Virus record (IMG/VR): IMGVR_UViG_3300031841_003996
Span: 1-54,938 of that record
DNA length: 54,938 nt
Reading direction: 5' to 3' (one strand)
From: a virus
Lineage: Duplodnaviria; Caudoviricetes
Shown here: piece after piece, positions 50,282 to 54,938 of the stretch
Position numbering within the stretch: position 1 is the stretch's first letter
How the letters are laid out: every line of letters begins with the position of its first letter
Made by a program: the position numbers and the translations under genes
The notes under the pieces: generated by a model
Seen by the model: the letters and a program-made list of their open reading frames with translations, nothing else
Told to the model about the DNA's origin: nothing
Database searches by the model: none

Positions 50282-50620
50282 ATGACTGAACAAAAAAGAA
50301 GAGGCAGAAAACCAGCTGCTAAAAAGGTTGTAAAGAAGGTCTTAGATAAGACCCAAATCGACGAACAGATCGTCGCAAAGGTTGACGAGTTGAAAGCTCA
50401 GTTAGAAGCTAAACTTGATAAATTAGAAGATAAGGTAGATGACATCCCTAATGATGTTATGTACTGGATTAAGAGACTTTGGGGACACTTGTTGCTGATT
50501 CCATTTACTTGGTATGCAGTACAAGATAACTTCCTCCTTGCTTGGCCATCGATTGTAGCATGGGTAGCATGGAAGGAGTGGCGCCTCGAGAAGAAGCGTC
50601 TTCGTAAGTTAGGAAAATAA
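50282..50620 (+). CDS. Hypothetical membrane protein with coiled coil
   Basis: Basic N-terminus, Trp-rich hydrophobic C-terminus; late-type motif at 50257. Confidence 0.6.
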   Translation: MTEQKRRGRKPAAKKVVKKVLDKTQIDEQIVAKVDELKAQLEAKLDKLEDKVDDIPNDVMYWIKRLWGHLLLIPFTWYAVQDNFLLAWPSIVAWVAWKEWRLEKKRLRKLGK

Positions 50621-50621
50621 T

Positions 50622-50978
50622 ATGGCACGTGTAGTTTACCAGAATAAACAATTAGGACTTGAAATAGTTGAATCGGATAAGCCGATGCCTGTACAGGAAG
50701 CTGAATACCAAGGTCGACAAGTGAAATTGGGAAAGGTACAACGTGGAGGCAAGAAGAAGTTTCAAGTCTATGTTAAAGATCCTAAGACTAAAAATGTAAA
50801 GAAGATCTCATTTGGTGATTCTACAGGCCTAAGTATTAAAACAAAAGATCCGAAGAGACGTAAGTCGTTTAAGGCTAGACATAATTGCGATAATCCAGGT
50901 CCTAGGACAAAAGCTAGATACTGGTCTTGCAGAATGTGGGCCGGTCCTAACTCAGTGAAGAACATGCTTAAAAAATGA
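50622..50978 (+). CDS. Conserved basic phage protein
   Basis: EAEYQGR.VKL, KKF.VYVK, VKKISFGD, RKSFKARHNC, ARYWSC..W. Confidence 0.7.
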   Translation: MARVVYQNKQLGLEIVESDKPMPVQEAEYQGRQVKLGKVQRGGKKKFQVYVKDPKTKNVKKISFGDSTGLSIKTKDPKRRKSFKARHNCDNPGPRTKARYWSCRMWAGPNSVKNMLKK

Positions 50979-51463
50979 AACGCTTAACAGATATAGCAAA
51001 TCAAATTAAAGACGACGTTATATCAGAAGGCGTACTTTCTGACTGGGGCGATAACAATACGCCGGCAGCATTAAAGAAAGAAAAGGAAATCAAAAATAAA
51101 AATGTTAAGCCTGAAGATGCAATAACTGATTTAGATTTGAATACCTTGAATAGAAACCAGACTATCAAAGAATATCGTTACGGGCCATTAAACCCGGATG
51201 ACGAAAAAGGATCTGCTAAGTTTTGGGAAGACAAAGCAAAGATGTGGGATACGACGGTTGAAGCTGCAAAAACATCTAGATGTGCTAACTGCGGCGCATT
51301 TGATCAGAAGAAAGCAACACTGGCAAAGATAGAAAAGGCTATTGGCGACGATGGCAAAACGATTGCTAAAAATGCTAACTTAGGATTTTGTGAGTTCTTT
51401 TGGTTTAAATGTGCAGGTGCACGTACATGTGATGCATGGGTATCAGGAGGACCGATAAAATGA
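50975..51463 (+). CDS. Hypothetical Cys-containing phage protein
   Basis: YGPLNP, RCANCGAF, LGFC...FKCA..RTCDAW. Confidence 0.7.
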   Translation: MKRLTDIANQIKDDVISEGVLSDWGDNNTPAALKKEKEIKNKNVKPEDAITDLDLNTLNRNQTIKEYRYGPLNPDDEKGSAKFWEDKAKMWDTTVEAAKTSRCANCGAFDQKKATLAKIEKAIGDDGKTIAKNANLGFCEFFWFKCAGARTCDAWVSGGPIK

Positions 51464-52026
51464 AACATTTAGAAGAAGGCACTCGTTGTTGGAAAGGCTA
51501 TGAGAAGAAAGGCATGAAAACTATGTTTGGTAAGCGTGTTCCTAACTGCGTCAAGAAAGAGAATACAGAGATTGATGAGGATCTTAGAAAGTGGGTGAAG
51601 CAACGTTGGGTGGACATTTCCAGAAAAAAGAAAGGGGGTGGTCACCCGGCTTGCGGCGCTTCTGCTGGTAAGAAGTCTAGGAAAGGAGGTAAGCGTGCAT
51701 ATCCAAAGTGCGTTCCTGCTTCTAAAGCTGCTAGTATGTCTAAAAAAGATAAGGCATCGGCAGTAAGACGTAAAAGGTCTGTCTACAAAGGAAAGGCTAA
51801 GGGCGGTAAGCCTCCCAAGAAAGCTAAGAATGTAAAGACAGAAGAAATGAAGATGAAGTTAATTGCCAGACTAGAGCAAATTAACGAAAAGGCTAAGCGT
51901 GATAAGTGCTATTATAAAGTAAAGGCACGTTATGATGTATGGCCATCAGCCTATGGTTCATTGTCACTTTCTAAATGCAGAAAGGTAGGTGCAGCGAATT
52001 GGGGCAATAAAAGTAAAAAGAAATAA
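51460..52026 (+). CDS. Highly basic multi-module phage protein
   Basis: CWKGY..G.K......VPNCVK; EDLRKW...WVDI; YPKCVP; CYYKVK.RY.VWPSAY. Confidence 0.7.
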   Translation: MKHLEEGTRCWKGYEKKGMKTMFGKRVPNCVKKENTEIDEDLRKWVKQRWVDISRKKKGGGHPACGASAGKKSRKGGKRAYPKCVPASKAASMSKKDKASAVRRKRSVYKGKAKGGKPPKKAKNVKTEEMKMKLIARLEQINEKAKRDKCYYKVKARYDVWPSAYGSLSLSKCRKVGAANWGNKSKKK

Positions 52027-52029
52027 GTT

Positions 52030-52245
52030 ATGTCTGAAAACTATCTAGATCTAGCAGTTGAAGAAGTATATATGATACTTAATACTGACAGAACACCATG
52101 GCCAAAGTCTATGCGTGATCATAGAGATAAGATCAAGTTCCTAGATAGTCTAATCAAACATTTTGAAACAACTGAAGACTATGAGAAATGTAGTTACCTA
52201 ACGGGAATGAAAAATGAACTGGAAAATCACATCCAGGCCGATTGA
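52030..52245 (+). CDS. Small protein with UVR-like motif
   Basis: FETTEDYEKCSYL. Confidence 0.6.
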   Translation: MSENYLDLAVEEVYMILNTDRTPWPKSMRDHRDKIKFLDSLIKHFETTEDYEKCSYLTGMKNELENHIQAD

Positions 52246-52423
52246 TGTTTATGAATTAAGTGATCGCGATCAGCCTACTAAGTATATTGTCTATGTGTTA
52301 GATGAAACTAGAAGACCGATTGCAGCGGAAGAGGCATATGGAATTGCAAACAGAACATCAGTCGTAAAACAGTTTATTGCACGTTATGGTGAGCACATTG
52401 TTAGCATAGAACATGAGAGTTAA
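52214..52423 (+). CDS. Hypothetical protein
   Basis: 69-aa ORF in the operon. Confidence 0.5.
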   Translation: MNWKITSRPIDVYELSDRDQPTKYIVYVLDETRRPIAAEEAYGIANRTSVVKQFIARYGEHIVSIEHES

Positions 52424-52446
52424 TATGTGGGTTACAAATTGTACAT

Positions 52447-52722
52447 ATGATGTCGACATCGAATACATCTACACGGAAAAGACGTCGTAAGAAATATCTT
52501 TATCTTATGAATGACAATGTTAACTCGTTCGACAATGTTCGGACAGTATTAACTAGTCTCATTCCAGGTATGAATGATATAAAGGCAACGTCAATTGCTA
52601 CCATAGTACATAATAATAGTCAGTGTGATATCTATCAAGGATTTGCACCTGAGATATATGTACTAGCAGCACAATTAAGAAAGCAAGGACTACGTATACA
52701 GATACATGACAAACGTCTTTGA
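52447..52722 (+). CDS. clpS: ClpS-like N-degron adaptor
   Basis: LYLMNDNVNSFD.V...L.....A..IA.IVHN...C.I..G......L...GL. Confidence 0.75.
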   Translation: MMSTSNTSTRKRRRKKYLYLMNDNVNSFDNVRTVLTSLIPGMNDIKATSIATIVHNNSQCDIYQGFAPEIYVLAAQLRKQGLRIQIHDKRL

Positions 52723-52748
52723 TATTTGAATAGAAGTTTATATATTAG
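52718..52748 (+). promoter_or_regulatory. Promoter TTTG-N19-TATATTAG
   Basis: Motif family member; ATG at 52752. Confidence 0.65.
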
Positions 52749-52751
52749 ATT

Positions 52752-53099
52752 ATGGTTACAAACGTTATAGTTAAGTTATCAGTAGATGGTCTCCATAATT
52801 GGCCAGATGCTAAGAAGATCTTTCCGGAGGTAGGTTTCCTATCGGATATACATCGACATATGTTTCATTTCACAGCAAAGAAGAGAGTGAATCATGATGA
52901 TCGAGATGTAGAATTTATTATGTTCAAGCGAGATATTGAAGAATACTTGTATGATAAGTATTGGAAGCAAGAGTATCGTAGTCACTTCTTTGGACCTAAA
53001 TCCTGTGAGATGTTGGCTAGAGAGATACTTGAATACTTTGATTGTGAGTATGTATCAGTGTTCGAGGACGACGAAAATGGAGCAGAGTGTTATGTCTGA
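52752..53099 (+). CDS. QueD-like T-fold protein, DpdL-like (putative CDG decarboxylase)
   Basis: G.HNWP, LSDIHRHMF (LxxxHRHxF), HDDRDVEF, SCEMLA, V.EDDENGA. Confidence 0.7.
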   Translation: MVTNVIVKLSVDGLHNWPDAKKIFPEVGFLSDIHRHMFHFTAKKRVNHDDRDVEFIMFKRDIEEYLYDKYWKQEYRSHFFGPKSCEMLAREILEYFDCEYVSVFEDDENGAECYV

Positions 53100-53232
53100 A
53101 TTGATTAAAGAATGGTATGAATTGCTGGATGCAAATCATGTTAAGGTAGAACCAAAAGCATTTACATTGCTTCAGATGGTTATGGAAAACTACGACATTA
53201 CAAAGAAGGCTGTAGAAGAGGATGCCGTTTAA
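53092..53232 (+). CDS. Small hypothetical protein
   Basis: 46 aa, overlapping both neighbours. Confidence 0.45.
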   Translation: MSELIKEWYELLDANHVKVEPKAFTLLQMVMENYDITKKAVEEDAV

Positions 53233-53749
53233 ACCAGGAGAAGGTCGTCCGGCTATGAATATCTCCGAATCGGAGATCCGTTATGCAATGGAGAATACTA
53301 AGTCCTGCGCACAAGCGGCACGATTCCTTAAGATATCATATGAGGCATTTCGTAAGTATGCTAAGATGTATACGGACTCCGAATCTGGTAAAACATTATT
53401 TGAACTTCATAAGAATCCGCATGGCAAAGGTGTACCCAGAGTCCCAAAGAACCCAACAAAGACTCAGGCTAAACTAGAAAACATCTTCGCCGGCAAACAT
53501 CCTAACTATAACAAACATCGATTGAAAGATAGATTGTTACGGTCTGGAGAATTTGAAGAATGCTGCTCATCATGCGGATTCAATGAACGACGCGTAAGTG
53601 ATTATACAGTGCCTTTGTTATTAGATTGGATCGATGGCGATACTACTAATCATGCCAAAGAGAATCTAAGGTTCCTATGTTACAATTGCTATTATCTACA
53701 GGTAGGCAATCCATTGGGAGGACGCATGCGTAATAGTTATGGCCCGTAA
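53222..53749 (+). CDS. HTH plus degenerate HNH/Zn-finger protein
   Basis: N-terminal SCAQAARFLKISY; CSSCG...LDWIDGD..N...ENL..LCYNCY. Confidence 0.7.
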   Translation: MPFKPGEGRPAMNISESEIRYAMENTKSCAQAARFLKISYEAFRKYAKMYTDSESGKTLFELHKNPHGKGVPRVPKNPTKTQAKLENIFAGKHPNYNKHRLKDRLLRSGEFEECCSSCGFNERRVSDYTVPLLLDWIDGDTTNHAKENLRFLCYNCYYLQVGNPLGGRMRNSYGP

Positions 53750-53776
53750 AAAAGTTTGAAAAAAGTTGGCAAAAGG

Positions 53777-53809
53777 CTTGACCGTTAATTGATATCTACC
53801 TTATATTTA
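53777..53809 (+). promoter_or_regulatory. Promoter CTTG-N21-TATATTTA
   Basis: Motif family member heading the small-ORF/tRNA region. Confidence 0.65.
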
Positions 53810-53833
53810 AGAGTAAGTTAAAAGATAAGATAG

Positions 53834-54070
53834 ATGAGTGATTTTGATATCAAGGCGCATGTGCAATCAATGGCCCCCGAGGCTCAAGATATGTTGCTTA
53901 AGGCAGCAGTTAAAGATCATCAGATGAGCATTTTGATTGATTTGATGGGCATTATCGGAGAGCAAAGAGATCCTAGGTCAGTTGCCGATAAGGTGTCCAA
54001 TTGGATGAAAGAGGTAGCCGATGATCAAGGTACCTGGTCCGAATTCGCTGAAGAAGGTTTGAATAAATAA
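53834..54070 (+). CDS. Hypothetical protein
   Basis: 78 aa behind a promoter motif. Confidence 0.6.
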   Translation: MSDFDIKAHVQSMAPEAQDMLLKAAVKDHQMSILIDLMGIIGEQRDPRSVADKVSNWMKEVADDQGTWSEFAEEGLNK

Positions 54071-54075
54071 TAGAT

Positions 54076-54276
54076 ATGGTTAGTCAAGAAGTATATTGCG
54101 TGTTCGCGCCATCCAAAGGCGATCATACCCTTTGCAAAGGTGAATTGTTGGGCATCTACGGCAGTCGTAAGAGTGCTAAAGAAGCAACGAAAGGTTATGT
54201 GAAGTTCTTTAAGGAATGCGGTCGAGATGTTAAGACAAGTCATTTCAAGATCAAGAGTAGATTGATGTTTGATTAA
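54076..54276 (+). CDS. Hypothetical protein
   Basis: 66 aa; LGIYGSRKSA. Confidence 0.55.
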   Translation: MVSQEVYCVFAPSKGDHTLCKGELLGIYGSRKSAKEATKGYVKFFKECGRDVKTSHFKIKSRLMFD

Positions 54277-54282
54277 ATGAAT

Positions 54283-54368
54283 GCCCGGGTGGTGGAATTG
54301 GTAGACACGTCAGACTTAAAATCTGATTCGCCGAATGGTGAGTGCGGGTTCGAGCCCCGCCCCGGGTA
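54283..54368 (+). tRNA. tRNA-Leu(TAA)
   Basis: Acceptor GCCCGGG/CCCGGGT, anticodon arm TCAGA-CTTAAAA-TCTGA, long variable arm, GTTCGAG; CCA not encoded. Confidence 0.93.
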
Positions 54369-54381
54369 CAAAAACTAAAAG

Positions 54382-54525
54382 ATGATGATTCCAATTTTTG
54401 AAGTAGTAATGATTTTGTTGGCCACTGCAGCAACTGTATTGATTGCAGGTACCATCCTATTGGAAGGCTTTGATTTCTTTCAGCGCCGTGCTTATAAGAA
54501 TAAGAAGAAATGGGATTCGAAGTAA
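54382..54525 (+). CDS. Small single-TM protein (47 aa; not in the ORF track)
   Basis: MMIPIFEVVMILLATAATVLIAGTILLEGFDFFQRRAYKNKKKWDSK*. Confidence 0.5.
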   Translation: MMIPIFEVVMILLATAATVLIAGTILLEGFDFFQRRAYKNKKKWDSK

Positions 54526-54725
54526 CAAATGTAGATGAAATTTGGTGGGCAGTAACTAAAGAGTACACCATTGACTATGAAGGTGAAGAAGTCCGATTCA
54601 GAGCCGCTGATGATTCGAATGGATGTGATTTCTTTATTTATGAACCAGATGGGTGGTCATTTGAAAAGACTGAAGAAGTAATGGAAACATTGAAAGAGGC
54701 ATGGCTTGAGGGAGAATTAGATTAA
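54510..54725 (+). CDS. Hypothetical acidic protein
   Basis: 71 aa between tRNAs. Confidence 0.55.
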   Translation: MGFEVTNVDEIWWAVTKEYTIDYEGEEVRFRAADDSNGCDFFIYEPDGWSFEKTEEVMETLKEAWLEGELD

Positions 54726-54730
54726 GAGAT

Positions 54731-54804
54731 GCTCCCTTAGCTCAGTTGGATAGAGCAACAGCCTTCTAAGCTGTGGGTCTCAGGTTCGAATCCTGAAGGG
54801 AGTA
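54731..54804 (+). tRNA. tRNA-Arg(TCT)
   Basis: GCTCCCT/AGGGAGT, ACAGC-CTTCTAA-GCTGT, GGTTCGAATCC. Confidence 0.94.
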
Positions 54805-54870
54805 CTAGAGTTCTTTGACGTATTAACATTCGCTGATGACGCCACTGCGTAATAAATGGCGCACCAATAT

Positions 54871-54938
54871 GGGGACGTAGCTCAATTGGTTAGAGCATCA
54901 AGCTTATATCTTGAAGGTCGGAGGTTCAATTCCTCCCG
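54871..54938 (+). tRNA. tRNA-Ile(TAT), truncated by the window end
   Basis: GGGGACG-TAGCTCAATTGGTTAGAGC, anticodon arm TCAAG-CTTATAT-CTTGA, GGAGGTTCAATTCCTCC. Confidence 0.85.

Noticed and set aside
1010-53477. Nested + strand alternative-frame ORFs (1010-1252, 11840-12163, 21874-22221, 45592-45786, 53283-53477)
   Set aside because: They lie inside or overlap better-supported genes and have no recognisable features
814-54571. Minus-strand ORFs in the track (e.g. 23673-24170, 39109-39507, 8135-8515, 54251-54571)
   Set aside because: All are antisense shadows of well-supported + strand genes or tRNAs and have no motifs
1-54938. Alternative genetic code (stop-codon reassignment as in some large phages)
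   Set aside because: Conserved genes are full length under code 11 and coding density is high; TGA and TAA, and once TAG, act as real stops

Overview
This window is a 55-kb piece of a large T4-like/jumbo dsDNA phage genome. Genes are tightly packed, all credible ones lie on the + strand, and the standard genetic code fits. A Bacteroidota host is inferred from the promoter geometry and the scarcity of Shine-Dalgarno sites. (1) 1-20.8 kb is a replication and nucleotide-metabolism region: SSB tail, RecA/UvsX, RNase H-like 5'-3' exonuclease, DnaB/gp41 helicase, class II RNR, family B polymerase, sliding clamp, clamp loaders, dUTPase and a PD-(D/E)XK nuclease. Interleaved with it is a 7-deazaguanine DNA-modification set (queD, queE, folE, an hpt-like PRTase and a dpdA/TGT-like gene directly preceded by a GT-B glycosyltransferase); no queC or queF is present in the window. 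(2) 20.9-45.3 kb is a ~24-kb glycan biosynthesis island with about a dozen glycosyltransferases, a complete GDP-colitose-type pathway (gmd, colD, colC/fcl), GT11 and GT10 transferases, a carbamoyltransferase, an amino-sugar module and ugd. (3) 45.3-54.9 kb holds a YkuD-like putative lysin, putative late or head-associated proteins, ClpS, a DpdL-like T-fold protein (LxxxHRHxF), a degenerate HNH protein and tRNAs Leu(TAA), Arg(TCT) and a rare Ile(TAT). The best candidate for an undescribed system is a possible glycosylated or hypermodified 7-deazaguanine DNA pathway with guanine recycling. The phage-encoded colitose glycan is second. All calls come from motif recognition by eye; no database searches were run.
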